DNA of 64,000 bases from Octopus vulgaris (Eukaryota): the NCBI GenBank assembly GCA_951406725.2, contig OX597838.1:10478001-10542000 (forward strand). The letters run 5' to 3'. How positions within the stretch are numbered: position 1 is the stretch's first letter; every line of letters starts with the position of its first letter. Below the pieces are notes generated by a model. It was not told the DNA's origin and did no database searches. It was given only the letters and a program-made list of their open reading frames with translations. A program made the position numbers and the translations under genes. This document shows, piece by piece, positions 10,907-25,025 of this stretch.

Positions 10907-13900
10907 AAAAAATGAAAGAAAGAAAGAAAGAAAGAAAAAAAACAAACAGAAAACAAATAAACAAAGAAAAACAGCACACACACACAAAAAGGGAAAGTCT
11001 TATGCCTTTTTCTTAAGTGAATAAGGCTGAAACTGGATCACATACCTTGATACCTCTTTGAATTTCTTCAAGCAGATCAGTTCCTGTTTTGTCACCAGTT
11101 GCTGATGATACTGTTAATACTGCTATTACTGCTATACTCTCCAGGAATAGGGTTTTTTTGGGGTTTTTTCTTCAATATTTGTGCTGTATTGCATCACTAC
11201 AAGCCTATATTACCCTTCCGTTTTAGAACAGTCACAGAATAAGGATTAAAATGAAAAAGAAAAAAAAAAGGGAAATGTGTTTGACTCTTGTTTCACATCA
11301 AGTGTATGGATGTGTGTGTGTGTATCTGTGCATGTGTGTGTTTGTGTGTTGTTTTTAAACATGTAAGCATACACGTGAAATATCAGATTTGCTCTCCAAT
11401 TTTAATGGAATTTTTCTTATTTACCTTTTTTTATGACAATTAAAACAGTTTTCTAAAGTTTCAAAATATAAAAATGGAAACAGAAATTTAGTATGTCATA
11501 TATTGGAGTCTTTCATTGCAGATGCATACACACACATTTTATATATGTGTATATATATATATATATATATACATATACATACATACACACACCCTCACAT
11601 ATGTGTTTGTGTGTATATATATGTATTTATGTGTGTATATGAAATAGATTTCTCTAATGATATTCTATCTGAATTTTGAAGCAAATTATCAAAGTTTGTA
11701 TGCCATGGATTTACAAAATTTCTTCACCTTTTAAAAATTATTTAAACCCAAGTTAAATGTGGTCTCTAATTTTTATTCCTGAAAACAAAAGTTGATTTAA
11801 CACATACACATGCACACACACACACACATATTGGAATTAATTTGTTTCTTTCTTGTATTGTAAAAGTAATTAAGTTGAAACTGAGAAAAAGTAATGATTG
11901 TGAAGCCCGTGTATTAATTCAGATTAAATGCAATTTGAAAAAAAAAAAAATTTTTTTTTTTTTTTCGAGGACTGTAAATGAATAACAATTTTTAGTATTT
12001 TCTCTCAAGAATCTGAAATGTGCACCTTCCTGCATCTATTGGTGCTAAATTACATTTGCACATGCTATTTCTGATGGACACAAAACAAAAGTTTTTTTAA
12101 AAAAAAAAAAATATATATATATATATAGTCAAATTAATTAAAACTTGGCTTTTCTTCCAATATTTGGAAAGTTAAGGGACAAAAGAATATTGAAAAATAA
12201 AACAAATGCATGTTCATATTTGTGATGTGTTTTGTGTTACGGTGTGCAAACATGGCAACCACTGTATTATATATATATATATCTATATATGTATGTATAT
12301 CTATATATGTATATATATATATATATATTATATGCATGTGTTCACGAACCCACCAATAGATATTTAATGTGATAAATTGACTCACTGTACAGTGTTTGAC
12401 ATTTTTATTGTTTGTATTTTCTCAAACTATTTTCTAGTGTTGAAATCGGATACCATAGCTTCCCCACCCCCCTCTCCCCATCCTCCAACATGTTCTCTTG
12501 CAATGTAAAAGCTACTTGGAGGTTTAAAAGTACAACACCCCTCTGGTGGACAGAGCACATTTTATATTGTAAAATTTAGATATTAAATGTATCGCTATAT
12601 TTTTAAATGGCAATTCTTAAAACATTTTTAAAAAGCACACAGTTGAATTTTAGAAGAGTGGAAGAAAAGAAAAAAACAACAACAAAAACGATGTGTTTTT
12701 TTTTTTCCCCCTTTTGTTTTTTGTTTAAATTAGTGGGAATTATTCAATTGTTGATAGGAAGTTTGAAAAATAGACCAATGTTTTAAATTATTGATTGTGC
12801 CAGCAGACATCTGGTTGTTCAAACACAATTTACACTTTAAAAAAAATTCCACATTTTGGCTACTTCACAAGAGCTTTTTTTTTTTTTTTTTTCAATAAAT
12901 AAACCCCACCCCCCCCTCTGTATATCTAACTTATTTTGCTAAAGCACTTTCAATGATGAACTCTGTATTTACACACACACATGCACACACACAAGCACAT
13001 ATAACATACATACACTTTATAAAAGAAAACTATTTCTTCCCCTTGCTGGTGACTGGTTTAATTTTGTTTTTTTAAATTTTTTATATATTTGTTTAAACCA
13101 GTTCCTAGACTTAGTGTTTTTTCAACCCCTTCTTCAAAAAAAAAAAAAGACAAAAAAAAACTGAAAAGAAAACCAAAAAAAAAAAAAAGACATTGTGATT
13201 GTGGGGTGTGCTGGAGCACCACTTACAAGAGATGAATTTATCTTGTCAATACGTACATACAATCATTAGAATTTACTTCGGTCAACAAACAATCAGATTA
13301 CACTAACCCCAACAAGTCTTTCTCTGGAGTGTTCCCCCTCCCTCACTCCACATGACTTAATTCTTTATTCCCCCACCCCCCTTCTTGTTAATATGGCTTT
13401 AAAACGGAATTTTTAAACCAAAAGCTATTGTGCATGAAATTCCTATTCTTGTATCCTTTAGTGTTTAAATTTTATTTTTCAGTTTTATATACACACATAT
13501 ATGTATGTATGTATGTATGTATGTATATATATGAATGTATGTATGCACACGTGTTTGTGCATGTTGGTATGTATATAAAAGATTCAATTACTTTACAGTG
13601 TATATTGCTGATATACTTCTCAGTTAATGGTCACACCTCTGTTGTGTTGTCCACACATGAATAAGTACACACATGCATATGCACATATCTCTGTGAGTGT
13701 GTGTGTGTGTGCATACATGCAAGCTCACAGTGTACATAATCTGAAATAAAATTTGAGACGTGGAAAGCAAGCAACAGAAAATATTATTTAGAAGAGGAGG
13801 CAATAGAATGTAGACTAGTAAAAAAAATAAAAGGAAATATATTTAATTAAAAAAATTTTTTTTTTTTTTAGTTTATATATATATTTATATTTTTTTTGTA

Positions 13901-14340
13901 ATTACACATTTCTCTTAACGCACTGAAATTGCCCTTTCAAAAAAAAAAATTGTCCCAGTCTTACTTACTTGTACAGTGTTTGAAAATAAGTGTTTTTCTA
14001 CAGCTAGTCAAATTGTTGCTTGCAAAATATTTCTTTCCCTTTCCTTGTGTTTTGCATTCACTTTTAACAACTCTTAACACACTTTGCCTCCTCTGAATTT
14101 TGTATTTTTCCTTTGTCCCTTTTGTCTTTGAATAATTTCAAGTTTCAAGCTAACAATGTTGCTTTGTAACTTGGAGATGAAGAAAGAAAGAAGAGTCCAA
14201 TGGTTTGAATTATAATTATTTTAGCCCTTCCTCCTCTCCCTATTTTTTTTTTTCTTCACTTATTTTAAATTTCTAAATACTTTAATATAAATAATTTTTG
14301 TATTTTTAATTGAAAAATAAAAATAAAAATGACCAAAGTT
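10907..14340 (+). other. Probable long eIF4G 3'UTR
   Basis: AU/U-rich and free of the SINEs found elsewhere; AATAAA at about 12895, 13746 and 14316; true end uncertain. Confidence 0.55.
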
Positions 14341-14883
14341 TTGAAAAATTTCTATCAGTCCTGTTTGGTTTTCTGTAGAATACTAATTAGTCGGAAGAGA
14401 AGGAACCATACATCCTTATTAAAATCATACAATCCTTAATTGTTTTTCTTCCAATGACTTTCAACACTTTGTGTGGATTACTGACTAAACGTATTTAATT
14501 ACAAATCTTTTGGAGGTAGGATACCTTGTGATATCTCTATCAACTCCTCTCGTAAATTACTTACAATTAGTATACCTGCTTTCATATAGTAGTAGTTTCT
14601 TTTCACCTGTTGTTGGCCAAGTCTACCTAGGCAGCAAATAGATGTATAATCATGTTTGAAACTTGTCACTGTAAAAAGCAACAAGCTTTGCTAGCTTATA
14701 AGGGCAGAGTTCATAGCCTTTTAGTAATTAAACTGGCCATATCCTGCCCAAACATTGTCCTATGTTAAAATTGACCAGATCTAAACCTCTCATACCTACC
14801 CTACAATGTTATTCTAAAAATATACGCACACACCATTGACATCTTGAAGCTACAAGATTACATCGTTAATTCAAAGCAATGCG

Positions 14884-15245
14884 GCATGGCTGTGTGGTAA
14901 GAAGGTTGCTTCCCAGCCATATGGTTCTGGGTTCAGTCCCACTACATGGAACCTTGGACAAGTGTCTTCTCCTATAGCCTAGGGCTGGCCAAAGCCTTGA
15001 GTGGATTTGGTAGATGGAAACTGAAAGAAGCCCGTTGTATATATCTTTTCCCCCCATCACTGCTTGACAACCGGTGTTGGTGTATTTAGGTCCCTGTAAC
15101 TTAGTGGTTTGGCGAAAGAGAACTGATAGAATAAGTACTAGGCTTAAAAAGTAAGTCCTGGGGGTCGATTTCTTTGACTAAAAATCTTTAAGGCAGTGCT
15201 CCAGCATGGCTGCACTCGACTGAAACAAGTAAAAGAATAAAATAA
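14884..15245 (+). mobile_element. tRNA-derived SINE
   Basis: Same family as 32111-32533. Confidence 0.8.
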
Positions 15246-16514
15246 GCAATGCGTTTCACAAAGAAACCCGAATGCTCCTGGGTTAAGGGCTTAGAAAAAA
15301 AAAGGCAGTGGTGAACCCCCATTCCAAAGCTGTGCCCACAGGATTTATCTGCAAATTTTCAATTAGTTGTTTTAACAATGATATCTATGTCAAAGTATTT
15401 AGGGTCCAGTAACTAAAACTTTTTTTTTTTAACCCCTTTTTGGGTTTTCAATGAATGAATTGCCACAGAAATTGGATGATGTGTTGTTGGGTGTGAGGAG
15501 CAGCAGTAAAACTTCGTTATTGCAGCATCTCGGTGACTGTTGGAAGAGAGAAACTAGGTTGTCTGACTGATTTAATCTTTTGCTGCTGTATATAATGAAT
15601 GTGACATTTTCTTTACCACAATTTATCTGAAGATTAGTTTCCTTTGTGTGTGTGTGTGTGTATATAGAGTACCATGCAAAAGTCTTTGGCCGCTTTATGG
15701 TAACTTATTCGCATTGCATTTTTCACAGATGAAACATTGGCCCTGTTGAAGTCATTTCCATACCTAATCATATTTTGTAGTAGGGGGTCTGCTGGAACCC
15801 CATCGGCTAGGACAGGAATAGTCCCAGTTGATCTGGCCAACAAAATAGCCTGCATGCAAAATTAACACGTAAGTGGCTGAGCACTCCAGACACACACATA
15901 CGGGGCTAAACACAGAGAGGACAGAGACACGGATTGAGTCGATTACATCGACCCCAGTGCATAACTGGTACTTATTTAATCGACCCCGTAAGGATGAAAA
16001 GCAATGTCGACCTCGGCGGAATTTGAACTCAGAACGTAACGGCAGACAAAATACATATTTCTTTACTACCCACTAGGGGCTAAACACAGAAAGGACAAAC
16101 GAATTGAGTCGATTATATCAACCCCAGTGCATAACTGGTACTTATTTAATCAACCCCGAAAGGATGAAAGGCAAAGTCGACCTCGGCGGAATTTGAACTC
16201 AGAACGTAGCGACAGACGAAATACTGCTAAGCATTTCGCCCGGCGTGCTAACATTTCTGCCAGTTCGCCGCCATACCCTTAACATAGTTCTCAAGCAGAT
16301 TCAGTGTGACAAGACTGGCCCTTTGAATTACAGGTAGAACTCATTGTTTGCCAGCTGGAGCAACATGAAATAAAGTGTCTTGAATCAAGAACAACAATGC
16401 ATCATCAGGATTCAAATTCATGACCTTTGACCATAAGCCCAATGCCCTGACCACATGCTTCTAGTCCTACCCAGCTGAAGACAACCTCTCTAGTACATTC
16501 CATACCCAGTACAT

Positions 16515-17780
16515 TCATTCTGTAAAGTAGATGGTGCTAAAAAGAGCAGCAAGCTGTAGAAACCATGGCAAAAGTAGAATGTATAAGTGAGATATTGCCA
16601 ACCTGACTTTAGATAATGGATGTGTCTTGCCTTGCAGCTTACGGACTTTACGACCTTCCTGTAAGGCACTCTGACTCAACGTGGGGACTCTCAATCCAGC
16701 AGGAGTGGAAGAAGAGGAGGTGGAGGAGGAGGACAAAGAAAATGTACAAGAGACGGAGGGAGAGGAAGTTACAGTGGATGTAGGTGATGATATTGCTGCT
16801 GTTGTTGTTGCTGCCGCTGCTGCTACTGCTGTGGTGGTGATGTTTGTTTGCAGTGGTGATGTAGAGGGAGCGATGTGTGTTGATGAAGATGAAGGAACCC
16901 CCAGATGCGGTTGACTGCCACAGATGCTGCTGCTGCTGGCGTCAACAGGCTTAGCACCACTCAGCACATTGGCAATTGGCAAGTTTTTTCCAGAAGCTGC
17001 AGATAGATCTGAAATGGCAGTTGGTGCAGCAGAAGAAGATGAAGAAGAAGAAGTAGAAGAGGAAAGCAATTGGTTCCTTGTGCTAACGGTAGCACTATGA
17101 GGCAGCGGAAGACCTACAGGCTGTGTTGAAGAGTTACATTTTACAGTGGATTCACTTTCACATTGAGATGATTGGAACGGACTTCCTCCTCTGCCAGCTG
17201 AACCCATTGCTGTTGTTGTTACTGGCTCAATAGGCTCCACTGTGGCCTTATCTGTTTCTGATTTAGGCTGTATAGCAGTGCTACCAGGTTCACTGATTAA
17301 GTTGGAATCAAACTTCCCAATCAGATGACGAACGATCTTTTTCCCTTTACCCGAGCCGTCTGCTGTGACGTCGTATAAAGTGGACTCGTCCAAACTTTTA
17401 GTTTTTAAAAACTGGTTTTTTTCAAGTTCAGCAGTTCGTTCCGGAATGGTTAAATTAATATCTAATGTTGAAGTACAGATGTTTTCAGGCAGCTGAGCTT
17501 CTCTTGCAGATGCTGCAACATTGCTACTCGCTTGCTGTTGCTCTGGTTCGGTCGCTAGCGTTTTGACAGACAAAGTTTGGGGGAGAGGTGTGCTATCCAA
17601 ATTGCTGGACGGAAAACTAGCTTGTCTCGTAAGAGTAGACGCATCATTTTCAGAGGGTTTGGGCTGATGCTCGTCAAACTGTTTCTCAGTTTCTTTGCTA
17701 AATTTATATAAGGATTCGGTGAAAAGTGAAGGGGTCTTTGTTGAATGAGGTAATGCTGTTTCGACACTTTCGGCCAGTTG
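16515..17780 (-). CDS. SSH: SSH last large exon, second frame (QLAESVET...[12 protein letters not shown]...); exact C-terminus uncertain
   Basis: About 420 open codons with the same S/T/P-rich composition; overlaps the first frame by 77 nt. Confidence 0.7.
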   Translation of the reverse strand, partial: QLAESVETALPHSTKTPSLFTESLYKFSKETEKQFDEHQPKPSENDASTLTRQASFPSSNLDSTPLPQTLSVKTLATEPEQQQASSNVAASAREAQLPENICTSTLDINLTIPERTAELEKNQFLKTKSLDESTLYDVTADGSGKGKKIVRHLIGKFDSNLISEPGSTAIQPKSETDKATVEPIEPVTTTAMGSAGRGGSPFQSSQCESESTVKCNSSTQPVGLPLPHSATVSTRNQLLSSSTSSSSSSSAAPTAISDLSAASGKNLPIANVLSGAKPVDASSSSICGSQPHLGVPSSSSTHIAPSTSPLQTNITTTAVAAAAATTTAAISSPTSTVTSSPSVSCTFSLSSSSTSSSSTPAGLRVPTLSQSALQEGRKVRKLQGKTHPLSKVRLAISHLYILLLPWFLQLAALFSTIYFTE

Positions 17781-19530
17781 TTAGCGATTTCTTTGGAAGT
17801 TCTTGCGATTCTCTGTTCATCAGAATTTTTGGAGATACTTTATGCTGCTTAGATAAAGGTGGTTTGCCTTCCTCTGATTCCACTTTAGTTTTATTGCCAG
17901 AAAAGGACTGCAAATGGGCTACAGAGACAGATGGAGTTGAGGAGGTGGCTGAATTGTAAGTGGAATCGTCAACTGAAGAAGCCTTTCCTATCAAGTTCAA
18001 GGTTTCAGTTCTCACAGCTGGGGCACTGCATGGAACACTGCTATTTGTAACAGTAACTCCTTGTTGTGCACCAATTACATGAGAATCTGCAGTTTGGTCT
18101 ATTCTCTGTGGAACTACCAGCAACCTGTCCTGGCATGGCAACTCATCTTCTTCTTTGCCTAAAGTCTCAAAGTCTAGAAAAGAAAAAGAAAAAGAATCTT
18201 AAATTTTCTGTGTTGTGTTGTGTTAAAAATGGAATATAATACCCAGGATATAATTTATAGTTTCGTAACCTTATTTTCTAGATAAGAGTGTAGATACATT
18301 GCTTTCTTTCTCTAGATGTATATCTGATAATATTAAAGTCAATGAACCAGGCTACAGTACCACAGTTATTCAAAAGAAGAGTTCATGCACAGATGTGGTA
18401 AACAGGATATGTGGTTTCAAATGACAGTGTCAGCGTGCCAGGGAAGACATACGAGGAAGTTGTATTAAAATAGTCTCAATGTCATCAGGAAGCTCTGTTA
18501 TGGCAATGTCAGAAAGTTCTAAAGTGACTATGCTATGACATTGACAAATGTTTTTAAAATTCTACAAGAGGGAGCTGAAAAGTTCCTGGCTTTGGCTAAA
18601 AGAAAATACAGGAGGATCAGTTAATTATGATTTTATTCAACATATTCCCCTCTCAAATTCACACACTTATTGCAGAGGTCCTTCAGTTTTTCTAAGCCCC
18701 GTAAACCAGGCCTCTCATGATATTCTTAAAAACCAGGAACTTTTCAGCACCAACTGCTGATGTAATAACAGATTGTTTATAAAGCTTGAAACATGTGTGC
18801 TGCGATATCCTTTGTGTTCTGTTTTCAATTTATGTTTGATATATTCTCTCACCTCTGCCATTATCTGGCATATACAGGTGCTTACACTTATCAAGTATTC
18901 CCTCTAAACTTACAGTACATACATATATATATATATTATACATACATAAGTGTATATATATATATATATATAATGCATATATATCAGCGCATGACCTGGG
19001 TATTGACATGAGCAATGATGCATCTTTCCAAGCGCATATTGCCAATTTGGTAATAAAATGCAGACGGCTAGATGGGTGGATCCTCCGAACTTTCAGAACA
19101 AGAGAGAAGGAGACACTGATGGTCCTTTGGAAGACATTCATCCTCAGCCGCTTGGACTACTGCTCCCAACTATGGTCACCACACAATATAAAGTTAACAG
19201 CAGAACTCGAAGCAACACTAAGAAGATCGTCTCAATGCAACATATCAGCTACTGGGAAAGATTGAAGGTATTAAACCTCTTCTCCCTGGAGCGAAGGCAA
19301 GACAGATATGCAGTGATATACATCTGGAAAATCCTGGAGGGTCTTGTCCCGAATTTTGGCACTGAAAGTTACCCCAACAGCAGAACAGCAGACATACATC
19401 ATCATCGTTTATATATGTATATATACAAACATACATATATATACACAAACATACATATATATACATATATATATACAAACATATATATATATATATGTAT
19501 ATATACAATTATACATATATATATACAAAC

Positions 19531-19563
<33 letters not shown>

Positions 19564-19644
19564 ATTATACATATATATATACAAACATATATACATACAT
19601 ACATACATATATATACATACATACATATATATACATATGTATAT

Positions 19645-19677
<33 letters not shown>

Positions 19678-19994
19678 CATACATACATATATATACATAT
19701 GTATATATACATACATACATACATATATATACATATGTATATATACATACATACATACATATATATACATATGTATATATACATAAATACATACATATAT
19801 ATACATACATACATACATATATATACATATGTATATATACATACATACATATACATATATACATATGTATATATACATACATACATATACATACATATGT
19901 ATATATACATACATACATATACATACATATGTATATATACATACATACATATACATACATATGTATATATACATACATACATACATACATATAC

Positions 19995-20025
<31 letters not shown>

Positions 20026-20276
20026 CACATACATACATATATATATACATACATATATATATACATACATATATATATATATACACATAATACATATATA
20101 AACACATACATACATATATATATATACACATACATACATATATATATACACATACATACATATATATATACACATACATACATATATATATACATACATA
20201 TGTATATATACATACATACATATACATACATATGTATATATACATACATACATATACATACATATGTATATATACA

Positions 20277-20312
<36 letters not shown>

Positions 20313-21610
20313 CAAACATACATATATATACATATATATACACAAACATACATATATATATATATACACAAACATATATATATACATATATATATACAAT
20401 ACATACATATATATATACACATACATACATATATATATACACATACATACATATATATATACATACATACATATATATATACATACATACATATATATAT
20501 ACATACATATATATATATACATACATATATATATACATACATACATATATATATATATATACATACATACATATGTATGTACATACATACATATGTATGT
20601 ACATACATACATATGTATGTACATACATACATATGTATATACATACATACATATGTATATACATACATACATATGTATATATACATACATACATATGTAT
20701 ATATACATACATACATACATATGTATATATACATACATACATATGTATATATACATACATACATATGTATATATACATACATACATATGTATATATACAT
20801 ACATACATATGTATATATACATACATACATATGTATATATACATACATATATATGTATATATACATACATACATATGTATATATACATATATACATATAT
20901 ACATATATACATACATATATATATATGTATATATACATATATACATACATACATACATATGTATATATACATATATACATACATACATACATATGTATAT
21001 ATACATATATACATACATACATACATATGTATATATACATATATACATACATACATACATATGTATATATACATATATACATACATATGTATATATACAT
21101 ATATACATATATACATACATATATATATATACATACATACATATGTATATATACATACATACATATGTATATATACATACATACATATATATATATACAT
21201 ACATACATATATATACATACATACATATATATACATACATACATATATATACATACATATGTATATACATACATACATATGTATATATACATACATATGT
21301 ATATATACATACATACATATGTATATACATACATACATATGTATATATACATACATATGTATATATACATACATATATATATGTATATATACATATGTAT
21401 ATATACATACATACATATGTATATATACATACATACATATGTATATATACATACATATGTATATATACATACATACATATATATACATACATATATACAT
21501 ACATACATACATACATACATATACATACATACATACATACACATACATACATATACATACATACATACATATACATACATACATATACATACATACATAC
21601 ATATACATAC

Positions 21611-21643
<33 letters not shown>

Positions 21644-24600
21644 CATATAAACATATGTATATATACATATATATATGTAGATATACATACATATATATAC
21701 ATATACACACATACATACATATGTATATATACACACACACATACATACATACACATGTATATATACATACATCATACATACACACACACATATACATACA
21801 TACATACACACACACACATATACATACATACATAAATACACACACACACATACATATGCATGTATATGTAAGAGAATAAAACCTAGTTCTTGAAAGTCAC
21901 AAATCTAAGTTGCTGAAACGAGTGGTTTTTCAGGTGAGGTTCACTTACTTATTGTTTTCATTCGCACACTGCCTCCTTCAATCTGGACCCCAAGGTCCAG
22001 TTCTTTAAAATCAACAGACGAGGTAGGGACCATATTCCTTGGTGACAAAATGGGGGTGCATGCCTCTCGCCATTTCGTCCTCTCGAGACGCGGCCTGTCC
22101 CGTTCGGAGCCAAGACTGGACGATCGCTGAACCGGTTGGATCTTTGTTTCACTAGGAGGCATTCCCAGAGTGGTTAAGTCGTGGCAGCTTGATCTGAGAG
22201 AGAGAGAAAGAGAGTCAAAATGAGAGAGAGAGAGAGAGAAATAGGAAACCAAAGAATGCTTATTCATTCACATTATTTTCACTTAATCTCAAAGCTTCAA
22301 GATTATGACAATGTGGTCTTATTTAGAACAGCATTGTAACATAAGTGTGAGAGGCCAGGTCTGGTCAGTTTGGAGACAATAGTTTGGCTAGATATGGCCA
22401 GTTTAAATGCTAAAGGGTTAAACTGTCCATATCTGGCCAAGACATTCAACCTGTTTTATGTTCAAACTGGCCTCTCACACCTACCCTACAATGTCATTCC
22501 AAAAATACATAATCACATCATCAAAATCTCGAAGCTACAATATAAGACAGGATTAATTAAAAACAATATAAATACATAAGCATTAAATTTGCTAGAAAAA
22601 TCTGACCCTCCATACACACACAAGCATGTTCACTTTCCAGACATTTCTACATTACTGCATGTACTTTATATGCACTTTCTGACAAGTTGTGGTGCACCTG
22701 AGCACTGTATACAATAATTTCATTATATATATATCTAAAGGGTTAACATTTAAAAGTTTGTGTTTAGTAGTTAATAATTTGTGTTAAAAGTACTGAACAC
22801 AAATTATTAACCATTCAACAGTTAGTATCAAATGTTTAAAGAAAACAATGTTTTGTTTTTTTTGTTAACCCTTCAGCATTTAAACTGGCCACATCCAGCC
22901 CAAATATTCTGTCTCTTTTATGTTCAAACTGGCCAGATTTGGCTTATCACACCAACCCTACAATGTCATTCTAAAAACATTAACAGTTACATCATCAAAA
23001 TATCACAGCTACAAGATAATTGCATGATTAATTCAAAACAGTGTGAATAAATAAGCATTGCTTTTGACAAAGTAATGTGAATGTGAAATGGTTGATGGTT
23101 TGTGGAGTCACCTTTAAAAATTTCACCTGTGTGTTATATGTCAAAGGTAAGACAACCCAGCTTATCTATTCCTCCTCAGGTCATACCTGGAAATTGCAGG
23201 TCCATTTAAAATCATATAACCTTCAATGAACTGGCAGAAAAAAAAGACTTTTTAGCCAATGTAATGTGGTGCTAGTATTGTGATATGAACCCGCAATCTC
23301 TCAGCCAGTAATCTAGTGTACTATCAACTCTTACAGCCAACCTGAAGTAAATTAATGTTCCTTTGGAAGTTAACAGACTTGGTTTTGAGAAACCACTGAA
23401 GCAGTCTCTAAGATGCAAAACCGAACCAACTAAACTAGGATTTCATCCCAGAAGAACCAACTGTGCAAGTTAATACTTACAGACTTGTGATCACAAAATT
23501 ATTTTACTACCTGTTTCATCATTTTTGAAAGTGATTAAAACAAAAGCTGTGCATTTCACAACAGCAATAGGAGCACTCTGTCGGTTACGACGACAAGGGT
23601 CCCAGCTGATACGATCAACGGAACAGCTTGCTCGTGAAATTAACGTGCAAGTGGCTGAGCATTCCAGAGACACGTGTACCCTTAACGTAGTTCTCGGGGA
23701 GATTCAGCGTGACACAGAGTGTGACAAGGCCGGCTCTTTGAAATACAGGTACAATTCATTTTTGCAAGCTGAGTGGACTGGAACAACGTGAAGTAAAGTG
23801 TCTTGCTCAAGGACACAATGCGTCGCCGGGAATCGAACTCACAACCTTACGATCATGAGCCGAATGTCCTAACCACTAAGCCACGCAATACAACAACAGG
23901 AAAGGTCAGAAGGGAAAGAAATATATCTCACACTGCATGTAAGGTAGCCCTTAGCTAGTAAGAATGTCTATTATCTCTAAGTAACAGACAGGTGAACTGA
24001 GTTATGGAGAAAGAACTCTTTCATTACAATGTCTAACAGACTACACTATCCGTGTATTTTATAATTAACTAGTAGTATCGCCCGGCGTTGCTCGGGTTTG
24101 TAAGGGAAATAACTATATAAGCATTTTTAGAGATGTAAAGTATAATAGCCATCTCAATATGGCTAACCACAAAGGGTGGGTGTTACTGTAGCTTTTTACG
24201 TTCTGAGATTTAATAAATTTTTAGAGAGTTACTTCCCTTATATATGCCAAAAATGCATTAAAAATCGTAGACTCATCGTAGATGCGCGCTAATACCCAGA
24301 AGGGCTCGATATGAATCACGACTATAAGATACCCGGTTTTGGTTAAACTGCACCGCAAAATGTGGGAGTAGTTAGGAATCTAAATCGTAGGAGACAGACA
24401 GCACACAACCTCTCTTTTATTTATAAAGATTACTTAATCAACAGTTTAGAAGGATTTAATGAAACAAACTGATTTTTTTTTTATTAGTAATGCAATTTGA
24501 GCACTGTATAGAACAAATTCATTACTATTATATTAGAACCTAACAAAAGGTTCTTACATAAAATTAAGACAGGAGGTCCCAATTTAAATATAAAAACTTT

Positions 24601-24993
24601 AAAATTAGGGTGTTTGTGTCATAAAACTGGGGGCAGCCACATACGGGTTGGTATCAAAAGGGATATAGATTCCAGAGCTGTTTTAACAATTAAAGGCCTC
24701 CAAGCAAAGCAAAGCAAAGCACAGGGGCCCTCTACATACCCGGTAATAGCATAAACAGATTAGCATTGGGCCCCTTAAGGCTGGGTAACCTCTGGGCAAC
24801 TGCTCAGTGTGTCCATGTCTTAAGAGAGGATTGAGAGATCCTTCACAAAAACCCAAAGAGTCACTTGCTTTGGATTTCAACTCAAGACTTATGGGGCTAC
24901 AGGTATGGTGTTATAGTTTACTCCATCCCAGCTATTCATCTTCGGAAGGACAGCAAACAAGTGAAGAAGATAACATATGATAGTAGTACAAAT

Positions 24994-25025
<32 letters not shown>

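Noticed and set aside
13220-13275. SECIS-like ATGA..AA..GA in the eIF4G 3'UTR
   Set aside because: Helix pairing does not fit SECIS geometry, and the TGA falls at the normal W2 C-terminus.
16681-16914. Acidic + strand ORF
   Set aside because: Antisense shadow of the S/T-rich SSH tail.
19344-21879. ORFs of 250-794 aa on both strands
   Set aside because: Translation of an AT/AC microsatellite that lacks stop codons; not protein-like.
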